Below are positions 54,277 through 63,335 of a stretch of 64,000 nt of DNA, one piece after another (position 1 is the first letter of the stretch; the number at the start of each line of letters is the position of its first letter). The position numbers and the translations under genes were made by a program. The notes under the pieces were generated by a model. That model was not told the DNA's origin, did no database searches, and worked only from the letters and a program-made list of their open reading frames with translations. Source of the stretch: an uncultured Actinomycetota bacterium (lineage in GTDB: Bacteria > Actinomycetota > Actinomycetes > Propionibacteriales > Nocardioidaceae); contig CAWEJC010000008.1 of assembly GCA_963809265.1 (NCBI GenBank), forward strand, positions 211,550-275,549. The letters are read 5' to 3'.

Positions 54277-55190
54277 CTAGCGCACGGGCAGGTGGGTGCG
54301 CGGTGCCATGCGCGGGCCGTGCCGCGGACGCCCGCCGGCGAGTCCGTGGATGAGCGCGACCGCGCGGTTGCGCTGGGGGCGCCAGGGCTCGAGGAACTCG
54401 CGCAGCTCCTCGTCGTCGTACGGCGTGCCGGTCACGGCCCAGCCGACGTCCTTGGCGACGTGGTAGTCGCCGAAGCTGACGGCGTCGGCGTCGCCGAAGG
54501 CCCGCGAGCGGACCTCGGCGGAGGTCCACTCCCCGATCCCCGGCAGGGTGCGCAGCTTCGCGTCGGCGTCGGCCGCCGGTGAGTCGGTCGAGCGTGTCGG
54601 CGACCGTGGCGGCGCGGACCAGGGTGCGGGAGCGGGCGGGGTCGATGTGGAGCTTGAGCCACTCCCAGGACGGGATCCGGCGGACGGTGGCGGCGCTCGG
54701 CTGCACCCAGAGCCGGAGCTCGCTGCCCGGTCCCGGCGCCCGCTCGCCGAACCGGTGGACCAGCCGCCGGAAGCCGGCGAACGCCTCCTGTCCGGTCACC
54801 TTCTGCTCGATCACGGCCGGGACCAGGGTCTCGAAGACCCGGTGGCTGGCACCGAAGCGGACGTGGGGGCGCCTGCGGTGGGCCTCGCGCGACCAGGGGG
54901 TGGAGGTCGGCGCGGAAGCCGGACGGGTCGTCGTCGGCGCCGAGCATCGCGGGGAGCCGGTCGAGCGCCCAGGCGGCGCCCTCGCCCCACGCCTCGGCCA
55001 GCACCTCGCCGTCGCGTCGCGGTGCGACCCGCAGCGTGGCCGGGCCGTCCGGCGTACGGATGCCGCGCCAGGCCTCGTCGCCGTGCACCCGGAACGTCGG
55101 GTCTCCCCCGCCGTGCCGCTGCTGGCCCAGGATGCCGAGGGCGTGGCACGGCCAGTCGGGCCGCCACACCCGCTGCTGCCCGTCGATCAC
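54277..55190 (-). CDS. DNA-3-methyladenine glycosylase II (AlkA/HhH-GPD) family protein, frameshifted
   Basis: GGGDPTF, RTPDGPATL, IEQKVTGQEA, LPGIGEWT...AFGDADAVSFGDYH, PWRPQRNR; shifts near 54890 and 54575. Confidence 0.8.
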
Positions 55191-55197
55191 GTCGGTC

Positions 55198-55219
55198 ACG
55201 TTACGTGGCCGCGCCGACG
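55198..55219 (-). promoter_or_regulatory. PafBC/RecA-NDp-like promoter of the glycosylase gene
   Basis: Minus strand CGTCGG-N10-TAACGT, 7 nt before GTG 55190. Confidence 0.62.
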
Positions 55220-55270
55220 GGTGGGTTCCGGTGTCGACTGGAATGGCGCCACTCACCGCCACTGCAGCTC

Positions 55271-55350
55271 CACCAGGGGATGTCGACGAACCGTCACTTC
55301 CCACGGTGTGCACGCCATGGGAAGTGACGGTTCGCCTGCATCCCATGGTG
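55271..55350. terminator. 80-nt long inverted repeat
   Basis: Perfect 17-bp arms CGAACCGTCACTTCCCA (55287-55303) / TGGGAAGTGACGGTTCG (55318-55334) with imperfect extensions. Confidence 0.7.
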
Positions 55351-55369
55351 AAGCCGCGGCAACCGAGCC

Positions 55370-57034
55370 TCACCCCACCGCCGCGGCAGCCGCCCGCCCG
55401 GCCACCCGCCCCGAGAACAGGCACCCACCGAGGAACGTCCCCTCGAGGGCGTTGTAGCCCATCATCCCGCCGCCGCCGAACCCCGCGGCCTCGCCGGCGG
55501 CGTACAGGCCGGGCACGACGGAACCGTCCGCGGTCAGGCACCGGCCGGAGAGATCGGTGACCAGCCCGCCGAGGGTCTTGCGGGTCAGGATGTTGAGGCG
55601 GACCGCGATCAGGGGCCCGTTCTTCGGATCGAGGATCTTGTGCGGCGACGCGACCCGGACCAGCTTGTCGCCTCGGTAGGCCCGGTGCTGCCGGACGAAC
55701 GCCACCTGGGTGTCCTTGGTGTACCGGTTGTCGATCTGCAGGTCGCGCGCCTCGATCTGCGCCCGCAGCACGGACTCGTCGATCACGGCGCCGCCCTGCG
55801 ACGGACCGCCGATCGCATTCATCCCCCGCACCAGCTCGGTCAGCGTGTCGGCGACGACGAAGTCGGCGCCGTGCTCCTTGAACGCCTCGACCGGACCCGG
55901 CGCGCCGTCGCCGACGACCCGGCCGAGGAGCAGCTTCACGTCGCGCCCGGTCAGGTCCGGGTTCTGCTCCGAGCCCGACAGCGCGAACTCCTTCTCGATG
56001 ATCTTCTGGGTGAGCACGAACCACGAGTAGTCGTAGCCCGTCTCGCGCAGGTGACGCAGCGTGCCGAGGGTGTCGAAGCCCGGGAGGTACGGCGCCGGCA
56101 GGCGCCGGCCGGCCGCGTCGAACCACAGCGACGAGGGCCCGGGCAGGATCCGGATGCCGTGGTTGTCCCAGATGGGGTCCCAGTTGCGCAGCCCCTCGAC
56201 GTAGTGCCACATGCGGTCCTCGTTGATCACCTCGGCACCGGCCGACCGGGAGATCCCGATCATCCGCCCGTCGACGTGCGCCGGCACACCGCTCACCATG
56301 AACGCCGGCGGGGTCCCCAACCGCGCGGGCCAGGCCGCGCGGACCAGGTCGTGGTCGCCACCGATCCCGCCGCTGGACACGATCACGGCCCCGGCGGTGA
56401 GCTCGAAGTCCGCGACCTCGTCCCGGTTGGTCGCCCGGCCCCGTTCAGCGGCGTCCGGCGCGAGGACCTTCCCGCGTACGCCGGTCACGGTGCCCTCACC
56501 GACGACCAGCTCGTCGACCCGGTGCCGGAACGCGAACCGCACCCTCCCCGTGGCGACGTGCTCGCGCACGCGGCGCTCGAACGGCTCCACCACCCCCGGC
56601 CCGGTCCCCCACGTGATGTGGAAGCGGGGCACGGAGTTGCCGTGACCGTCCGCGCGTCCGTCGCCGCGCTCGGCCCACCCGACCACCGGGAACAGCCGGA
56701 GCCCCATCTGCCGCAGCCACGACCGCTTCTCGCCGGCCGCGAAGTCGACGTACGCCTCCGCCCAGCGCCGCGGCCACAGGTCCTCCTCGCGGTCGAACTG
56801 GGCACTGCCCGTCCAGTCCGACCAGGCGAGCTCGTGGCTGTCGTGCACCCCCATCCGGCGTTGCTCGGGCGAGTCCACGAGGAACAGGCCGCCCAGGCTC
56901 CAGAAGGCCTGGCCGCCGAGCGACTGCTCGGCCTCCTGGTCGACCAGCACCACCCGGCGTCCGGCGTCGGCCACCTCGGCCGCGGCGGCGAGACCCGCCA
57001 GCCCGTGCCCGACCACGATCACATCGGCGTCCAT
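55370..57034 (-). CDS. putative FAD-binding dehydrogenase (KsdD-like family)
   Basis: MDADVIVVGHGLAGL, LGGQAFWSLGG, VPRFHITWGTG, LTRKTLGGL, YAAGEAAGFGGGG, LEGTFLGGC. Confidence 0.88.
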   Translation of the reverse strand: MDADVIVVGHGLAGLAAAAEVADAGRRVVLVDQEAEQSLGGQAFWSLGGLFLVDSPEQRRMGVHDSHELAWSDWTGSAQFDREEDLWPRRWAEAYVDFAAGEKRSWLRQMGLRLFPVVGWAERGDGRADGHGNSVPRFHITWGTGPGVVEPFERRVREHVATGRVRFAFRHRVDELVVGEGTVTGVRGKVLAPDAAERGRATNRDEVADFELTAGAVIVSSGGIGGDHDLVRAAWPARLGTPPAFMVSGVPAHVDGRMIGISRSAGAEVINEDRMWHYVEGLRNWDPIWDNHGIRILPGPSSLWFDAAGRRLPAPYLPGFDTLGTLRHLRETGYDYSWFVLTQKIIEKEFALSGSEQNPDLTGRDVKLLLGRVVGDGAPGPVEAFKEHGADFVVADTLTELVRGMNAIGGPSQGGAVIDESVLRAQIEARDLQIDNRYTKDTQVAFVRQHRAYRGDKLVRVASPHKILDPKNGPLIAVRLNILTRKTLGGLVTDLSGRCLTADGSVVPGLYAAGEAAGFGGGGMMGYNALEGTFLGGCLFSGRVAGRAAAAAVG

Positions 57035-57085
57035 GGCTGGGCGACCGACGTAACGGCGTACGCGAGCGCGCCTAGGGTCGGCCTC

Positions 57086-57940
57086 GTGAGCGACGCCACG
57101 AACGAGCGCCCCCTCGAGGAGGGGATCGAGCGAGACTTCAGCCGTCAGATGTCCTACGGCGACTACCTCCAGCTCGACACCCTGCTGTCCGCGCAACGGC
57201 CGCTGAGCGACCCGCCCCAGCACGACGAGCTGCTGTTCATCGTCCAGCACCAGACCACCGAGCTCTGGCTGAAGCTGCTGGTCCACGAGCTCCGCTCCGC
57301 CCGCGCCCTGCTGGCCACCGACGACCTCGCCCCCGCGCTCAAGCGGATGGCGCGGGTCAAGCACATCCAGCACACGATCACCGACCAGTGGTCGGTGCTG
57401 GCGACGCTGACGCCGTCGGAGTACGCCGAGATCCGGCCCTTCCTGGCCACCTCGTCGGGCTTCCAGTCGGCGCAGTACCGCGAGGTCGAGTTCCTGCTCG
57501 GCAACAAGAGCCACGACATGGTGAAGGTCTTCGCCCACGATCCCGGGGCGCACGCCGCGCTCACCACGCTGCTGTTCCAGCCGTCGCTGTACGACGAGTT
57601 CCTGGCCCACCTCGCCCGTCAGGGGTACGCCGTCCCGGCCGCCTGCCTCGACCGCGACTGGTCCCAGCCCTACCGGTCCGACCCCGACCTGGTGCGGATG
57701 TTCGCCGACGTCTACGCCGCGCCCGAGCAGCACTGGGGCGTCTACGAGACGTGCGAGGAGCTCGTCGACGTCGAGGACAACTTCCAGCAGTGGCGCTTCC
57801 GTCACCTCCAGGTCGTGCAGCGCACGATCGGCCTCAAGACCGGCACGGGCGGCTCCTCGGGCGTCGACTTCCTCCGCCGTGCCCTCGACCTCACCTTCTT
57901 CCCCGAGCTGTACGAGGTCCGCACCCTGATCGGCGAGTAG
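57086..57940 (+). CDS. kynA: tryptophan 2,3-dioxygenase
   Basis: YGDYLQL, HDELLFIVQHQTTELW, SSGFQSAQYR, WRFRH...RTIG.KTGTGGSSG...FFPEL. Confidence 0.95.
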   Translation: MSDATNERPLEEGIERDFSRQMSYGDYLQLDTLLSAQRPLSDPPQHDELLFIVQHQTTELWLKLLVHELRSARALLATDDLAPALKRMARVKHIQHTITDQWSVLATLTPSEYAEIRPFLATSSGFQSAQYREVEFLLGNKSHDMVKVFAHDPGAHAALTTLLFQPSLYDEFLAHLARQGYAVPAACLDRDWSQPYRSDPDLVRMFADVYAAPEQHWGVYETCEELVDVEDNFQQWRFRHLQVVQRTIGLKTGTGGSSGVDFLRRALDLTFFPELYEVRTLIGE

Positions 57941-57952
57941 CCGGTCCGGAGC

Positions 57953-58024
57953 CGTGTAACCGACCGTTCCCGCGACACGCCGGTCGCTCGATCGGCGTGT
58001 CTCCAGGAAGCGGTCGGTTACACG
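57953..58024. terminator. 72-nt long inverted repeat after kynA
   Basis: CGTGTAACCGACCG/CGGTCGGTTACACG 14-bp arms with an inner GACACGCCG/CGGCGTGTC stem. Confidence 0.7.
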
Positions 58025-58035
58025 TCCCCTTGCCC

Positions 58036-58057
58036 CGTCGGCGGGCTCGGGCAGGAT
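58036..58057 (+). promoter_or_regulatory. PafBC/RecA-NDp-like promoter of ligB
   Basis: CGTCGG-N10-CAGGAT, 6 nt before the ATG; two mismatches to consensus. Confidence 0.5.
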
Positions 58058-58063
58058 GGCCGC

Positions 58064-59591
58064 ATGCTGCTGCGCGACCTCGTGGAGACCTCGGGCGTCG
58101 TCGCCGCCACCCGCTCGCGCAAGGCCAAGGTGGCCGCGATCGCCGAGCGCCTGGGTCATGCGGAGGCCGACGAGCTGCCCGTCGTGACGGCGTACGTCGG
58201 CGGCACGGTCCTGCAGCGCCGTACCGGCGTCGGCTGGCGAGGGCTGAGCGCGCTCCCCGATCCCGCCGACAGCCCGTCCGTCACCGCGCTGGAGGTGCAC
58301 GAGACCCTCGACCGGCTGGCGGCGATGTCCGGAGCCGGGTCCCAGGAGCTGCGGGCCTCCGGCGTGCGCGACCTCTTCGCGCGGCTGACCACCGACGAGC
58401 AGCGCTGGCTGCGCGGGGTGATGACCGGCAACGTCCGTCAGGGAGCTCTCGACGCCCTGGTCCAGGAGGCGATCGCCGCCGCGTCCGGCGTGAAGCTGAC
58501 CGTCGTACGCCGCGCGGCCATGCTCGCGGGCGGCACCGTGCCGATCGTGGTCGCCGCGATGACCGGCGGCGAGGACGGCTCTCGCCGAGGTCGGGCTCGA
58601 GGTCGGCCGGCCGGTGCTGCCGATGCTCGCCTCCACCGCCCCCGACGTCGCGGCCGCGATCGCGAAGGCCGGCGGTGGCGACGGCACGCCGGTAGCCGTC
58701 GACACCAAGCTCGACGGCATCCGGATCCAGGCCCACCGTCACGGCGACCGGATCGTGATCGCGACCCGCAGCCTCGACGACATCACCGACCGGCTCCCCG
58801 AGGTCGTCGACGTCGTGCGCTCCCTGCCCGGCGGCGACCTCGTGCTCGACGGCGAGGCGATCGCGATGGACGACGAGGGCCGCCCGAGGCCGTTCCAGGA
58901 GACCGCCTCGCGCACCGCGATGAGCGCCGGTGTCGCCGTCACGCCGTACTTCTTCGACGTCCTCCACGTCGACGGCCGCGACCTCCTCGACGTTCCCGGC
59001 ACCGAGCGCCTCGAGGTGCTCGACGCGCTCGTCCCGGAGGCGCACCGGGTGCCGCGCCTGGTCACCGACGACCCCGAGGCGGCCGCCGCCTTCGCCCAGG
59101 ACGCGCTGGCCCGCGGCCACGAGGGCGTCGTCGTGAAGAGCCTCTCGATCGGCTACGCCGCGGGTCGCCGCGGCTCCGGCTGGGTCAAGGTCAAGCCGGT
59201 CCACACCCTCGACCTGGTGGTGCTGGCCGTCGAGTGGGGCAACGGCCGCCGCCAGGGCTGGCTCTCCAACATCCACCTCGGTGCCCGCAACCCCGACGGC
59301 ACCTTCACGATGCTCGGCAAGACCTTCAAGGGGATGACCGACGAGATGCTCGCCTGGCAGACCGAGCGCTTCACCGAGCTCGCGGTCGAGCCGGAGACGA
59401 TCCGCGACGGGTACGTCGTACCGCTGCGCCCCGAGCAGGTCGTCGAGATCGCCTTCGACGGGCTGCAGCGCTCGACCCGCTACGCCGGCGGCCTGGCCCT
59501 CCGGTTCGCCCGCGTCGTCCGCTACCGCGACGACAAGTCGGCCGACGAGGCCGACACCATCGAGACCGTGCGGTCACTGGCCGCCGGGTAG
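58064..59591 (+). CDS. ligB: ATP-dependent DNA ligase B (frameshift near 58580)
   Basis: N-terminal DNA-binding domain (ATRSRKAKV), [35 protein letters not shown]...RDDK. Confidence 0.92.
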
Positions 59592-59601
59592 GTTCGCAGG
59601 C

Positions 59602-60171
59602 GTGATCGAGCTGAGCCGCGGTGACCGGATGGCCCTGACCCGTGACGACGGGACCACCCTGGGCAAGCTGACGATGGGTCTGGGCTGGGACAAGCAGCCA
59701 GGCGCGGGACCCCTGTCCGGCAGCAACACCCCCGACGTCGACCTGGACGCATCGGCGATCCAGTACGCCGGGGACCAGCTCTTCGACCTCGCCTTCTTCA
59801 ACCACCTCGAGACCCGTGACGGCTCCGTGGTGCACCTCGGCGACAACATCTCGGGACGCGGCGAGGGCGACGACGAGCAGATCACGGTCGACCTGGCGAA
59901 GGTCTACCCCCAGGTCGACACGATGCTGTTCCTGGTCAGCAGCTACCAGGGCCACACCCTGGAGTGGATCGACAACGCCTACTGCCGGCTCGTCGACGAG
60001 GACGACGTCGAGATCGCCCGGTTCACCCTCACCGAGGGCGTGCCGCGCACGGGCTTCATGCTCGCCAAGATGGTCCGCGACGAGCAGACCTGGCAGCTGG
60101 AGGCGATCGGCCAAGGCATCTCGGTGAGCGTCCCGACCGAGTCCCTCGACGTGCTGGCGCGCTTCGTCTGA
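59602..60171 (+). CDS. TerD family stress protein
   Basis: MGLGWD, DLDASA, HLGDNISGRGEGDDEQI, NAYCRL. Confidence 0.9.
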   Translation: MIELSRGDRMALTRDDGTTLGKLTMGLGWDKQPGAGPLSGSNTPDVDLDASAIQYAGDQLFDLAFFNHLETRDGSVVHLGDNISGRGEGDDEQITVDLAKVYPQVDTMLFLVSSYQGHTLEWIDNAYCRLVDEDDVEIARFTLTEGVPRTGFMLAKMVRDEQTWQLEAIGQGISVSVPTESLDVLARFV

Positions 60172-60180
60172 GCGAGCGGG

Positions 60181-60528
60181 TCAGCGCTGGGGGCAGTTGA
60201 GCTCCGCGCCGTTCGGGTACTTCACGGCGACCGGGCCTCCGGAGATCGGGTACGTCGCGGCTCCGGTAAGCGCCTGAGCCGTGTGGGCGCCGTCGGCTTC
60301 GTCGACGCGCAGCTGGGCCACGACGTGGTCGCCGGTCGGGTTGACCATCGTGCTGACGGTGTCGCCGGAGCCGTAGACGTAGCCGAGGACGAGGTTCTGG
60401 CCCTCCCAGTGGCACGACTCGAACCGCTGTCCGCCCGGGTGGGCGCTGAGGTACCAGCCGATGCTGGAGATGACGAGCGCCACCCCGAGGAGGGCGATCA
60501 CGGCGTACTGCAGGATGCGGATCCGCAT
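60181..60528 (-). CDS. hypothetical membrane-anchored protein
   Basis: MRIRILQYAVIALLGVALVISSIGWYL TM segment plus a small domain with two Cys; GC-rich third positions; start could be 60600. Confidence 0.6.
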   Translation of the reverse strand: MRIRILQYAVIALLGVALVISSIGWYLSAHPGGQRFESCHWEGQNLVLGYVYGSGDTVSTMVNPTGDHVVAQLRVDEADGAHTAQALTGAATYPISGGPVAVKYPNGAELNCPQR

Positions 60529-60596
60529 GCCTGCAGTCTTCCGGGTCGCACCCCCGGAGTTGCGGACCTCCTCCACGATCCGGGCGGTGTCGTTCC

Positions 60597-61094
60597 TCAC
60601 CTCGCTGGCAACGGGAGGTCGGCGAGCACGAGGTCGAGGGTCGCTCGGATGCTCGCGGCCCGCTCCGACCGGCGTACGGCGTCCACCCGCGTGCGCTCCT
60701 GGCGGTAGAGATCGTCGCCGTCGTACCGGGGGAAGACGTGCTCGTGGTAGTGCCAGACGTCTTGGTTGCCGGCCGGCTCGTTGTGCTGCCGGCTGCTCGT
60801 GCCCTCGGCTCCCATCCTCGAGAAGGCCAGCGCCACCCGTCGACGCAGCGCGGCGATCGCGCCGAGCAGGTCGTCCGGCATGTCGTAGAGGCTCTCGTGG
60901 TGCTCGACCGGGATCAGGAGCACGTGGCCCGGATACGTCGGCGCCCGGGAGAACTGGCTGGCCGAGACGAACGCCATCAGGTTCGTGCTCCGGAAGACGA
61001 TGTCGTCGGGCCCCGACCAGGTCACGTCCTCGTCGAAGCGGCCCTGCACCATCCGGCAGAACGGGCAGTCGTAGTCGGGCGGCGCATGCGTCAC
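60597..61094 (-). CDS. HIT family hydrolase
   Basis: DCPFC, GHVLLIP, GNQDVWHYHEHVFPRY. Confidence 0.9.
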   Translation of the reverse strand: MTHAPPDYDCPFCRMVQGRFDEDVTWSGPDDIVFRSTNLMAFVSASQFSRAPTYPGHVLLIPVEHHESLYDMPDDLLGAIAALRRRVALAFSRMGAEGTSSRQHNEPAGNQDVWHYHEHVFPRYDGDDLYRQERTRVDAVRRSERAASIRATLDLVLADLPLPAR

Positions 61095-61142
61095 GCCGTG
61101 CCACGGTAGACGAGGTCGACGAGCGCGCCGGCGTCACACCTG

Positions 61143-61159
61143 TGCAACTCCGAGTTGCA
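61143..61159. promoter_or_regulatory. putative TetR operator
   Basis: Perfect palindrome TGCAACTC-C-GAGTTGCA just upstream of the TACGAT -10 of tetR. Confidence 0.65.
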
Positions 61160-61178
61160 GCAGTCGTACGATGCCGGG

Positions 61179-61868
61179 ATGGCCAGCACGTCCCGCACGG
61201 AGCGACCCCAGGCCCGGCGCAGCGCGACCGCCGTACGCCGTCGCGCCCGCGAGTCGGCGATCCTCGCCGCGACGCGGACGCTCTTCGACGAGCGGGGGGT
61301 CGCGGAAGCGCAGATCGAGGACATCGCCCGAGCCGTCGGGATCAACCGGGCGATCGTCTACCGGCACTTCACCGGCAAGGAGGAGCTGTTCGCGCTCGCC
61401 CTGGTCGGTTACCTCGACGAGCTCGGCGCGGCGCTCACCGAGGCGGCCGAGTCCGAGCGGAAGCCGCGCGAGCAGCTGGCCGCCATCGTCTCGGCGTTCG
61501 TCGACTACGGCGTGGCCCATCCGGCGTTCGTCGACTGTGCCCACAGCCTGATGCGCCGGACCGGTACCGAGCTCTTCGACGAGATCTCCGAGGGCGCGAT
61601 GCTGCGCCTCGGCCGCGCCATCGCGTCGTGCCTGGCCGTGCTCCGCCGTGCGCTCGAGGCGGGCGTCGAGGCCGGCGACTTCACCGTCGCCGATGCACCG
61701 CTCCTCGCCAACACGCTCTACGCCACCGGGCTCGGCGGCCTCCAGCTCGCCCGGGTCGGACTGGTCATCGACGAGGTCGCCCCCGGCGTGCCGCATGTGG
61801 GCACGATCGGGGCGGAGCAGGTGAAGGCGCTGCTGCTGACGTCGGCCCTGGCGATGGCCCAGGGCTGA
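61179..61868 (+). CDS. TetR/AcrR family regulator
   Basis: ILAATRTLFDERG...IEDIARAVGINRAIVYRHFTGKEELF. Confidence 0.93.
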   Translation: MASTSRTERPQARRSATAVRRRARESAILAATRTLFDERGVAEAQIEDIARAVGINRAIVYRHFTGKEELFALALVGYLDELGAALTEAAESERKPREQLAAIVSAFVDYGVAHPAFVDCAHSLMRRTGTELFDEISEGAMLRLGRAIASCLAVLRRALEAGVEAGDFTVADAPLLANTLYATGLGGLQLARVGLVIDEVAPGVPHVGTIGAEQVKALLLTSALAMAQG

Positions 61869-61873
61869 GTTCT

Positions 61874-61938
61874 CGATAGTACGGATCACGCGGCCGCCCA
61901 TGACCGCGAGGTCACCCGCGGATTGATCCGTACTATCG
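61874..61938. terminator. bidirectional terminator-like inverted repeat
   Basis: Perfect 15-bp arms CGATAGTACGGATCA / TGATCCGTACTATCG between convergent tetR and thiolase genes. Confidence 0.72.
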
Positions 61939-61947
61939 CTGGGGCGG

Positions 61948-63237
61948 TCAGCGTTCGAGGATGGCGGTGACGCCCTGGCCGCCGGCGGCGCAGATGGAGA
62001 TCAGGGCCCGGCCGGAGCCCTGCTGGGCGAGCAGCTTCGCGGCGACGTTGAGGATCCGACCACCGGTCGCGGCGAAGGGGTGGCCGGCGGCGAGCGAGGA
62101 GCCGTTGACGTTGAGCTTCGAGCGGTCGATCTCGCCCAGCACCGAGTCGAGACCCAGCCGCTCCTGGCAGAACACCGTGTCGTCCCACGCCTTCAGGGTG
62201 GCCAGCACCTGCGAGGCGAAGGCCTCGTGGATCTCGTAGAAGTCGAAGTCCTGCAGGGTCAGGCCCCGGCGGGCCAGCATCCGCGGCACGGCGTACGCCG
62301 GTGCCATCAGCAGGCCCTCGTTGCCGTGCACGAAGTCGACCGCCGCCGTCTCGTGGTCGACCAGGAACGCCAGCGGCTCGAGCTCGTGCTCGGAGGCCCA
62401 GGCCTCCGACCCCAGCAGCACCGCGGACGCGCCGTCGGTCAGGGGCGTGGAGTTGCCCGCGGTCATGGTCGCGCCCTCGCCCTTGCCGAAGACCGGCTTG
62501 AGCTTCGCGAGCTTCTCGGCCGTGGAGTCGGCGCGCAGGTTGGAGTCGCGCTCGAGCCCGCGGAACGGCGTGACCTGGTCGTCGAGGAAGCCCGCGTCGT
62601 ACGCCGCCGCCAGGTGCTGGTGCGACAACGCCGCCAGCTCGTCCTGCTCCTCGCGGCCGATCCGCCACTCCAGCGCGGTCAGGGCGGCGTGCTCGCCCAT
62701 CGACATCCGGGTGCGCGGCTCGCCGTTCTGCGGGATCGACAGGCCGATGTCGCCGGGCCGGATCTGGGCCAGCGCGGTGAGCCGGCCGCGGGTGTCGCGG
62801 GCGGCGTTGACCTTCATCAGCTTCTTGCGGAGCTTGTCGCTGATCGCGACCGGCGCGTCCGAGGTGGTGTCGGTGCCACCGGCGATGCCGGCCTCGATCG
62901 TGCCGAGCGCGATCTTGTCGGCGACGATCGCGGCAGCCTGCAGGCCGGTGCCGCAGGCCTGCTGGATGTCGGTCGCCGGCGTCTCGGCCGCGAGCGTGGA
63001 GCCGAGCACCGACTCGCGGGTCAGGTTGAAGTCGCGGGAGTGCTTGAGCACCGCCCCGGCGACGACCTCGCCGAGCCGCTCGCCCTCCAGGCCGAAGCGG
63101 GAGACCAGCCCGTCGAGGGTCGCGGTCAACATCTCCTGGTTGGAGGCCTCGGCGTACGCCCCGTTGGACCGGGCGAACGGGATGCGGTTGCCGCCGAGCA
63201 CGGCGACCGGACGTCGGCCGGAGGTGTCGCTGTTCAT
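61948..63237 (-). CDS. acetyl-CoA C-acetyltransferase (FadA2-like thiolase)
   Basis: NRIPFARS, QQACGTG, TAGNSTPLTDGA, EIHEAFA, AGHPFAATG, CAAGGQG. Confidence 0.94.
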   Translation of the reverse strand: MNSDTSGRRPVAVLGGNRIPFARSNGAYAEASNQEMLTATLDGLVSRFGLEGERLGEVVAGAVLKHSRDFNLTRESVLGSTLAAETPATDIQQACGTGLQAAAIVADKIALGTIEAGIAGGTDTTSDAPVAISDKLRKKLMKVNAARDTRGRLTALAQIRPGDIGLSIPQNGEPRTRMSMGEHAALTALEWRIGREEQDELAALSHQHLAAAYDAGFLDDQVTPFRGLERDSNLRADSTAEKLAKLKPVFGKGEGATMTAGNSTPLTDGASAVLLGSEAWASEHELEPLAFLVDHETAAVDFVHGNEGLLMAPAYAVPRMLARRGLTLQDFDFYEIHEAFASQVLATLKAWDDTVFCQERLGLDSVLGEIDRSKLNVNGSSLAAGHPFAATGGRILNVAAKLLAQQGSGRALISICAAGGQGVTAILER

Positions 63238-63335
63238 GCTCCTATCCTGGCGGCACGGGCCGCCGGACCCAATGGAATGAGCGCCACGTCACGAAACGTG
63301 GACGGTGAGTTACACATCGAGTTACATGAGGAGCC

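Noticed and set aside
55370-58720. 1116-aa ORF as a giant fusion protein
   Set aside because: Only the C-terminal ~554 aa (from 57034) is a real FAD dehydrogenase; the rest is antisense to kynA and ligB.
49624-60171. TerC plus TerD as a tellurium-resistance (ter) operon
   Set aside because: They are 9 kb apart on opposite strands with no other ter genes; terC has its own riboswitch.
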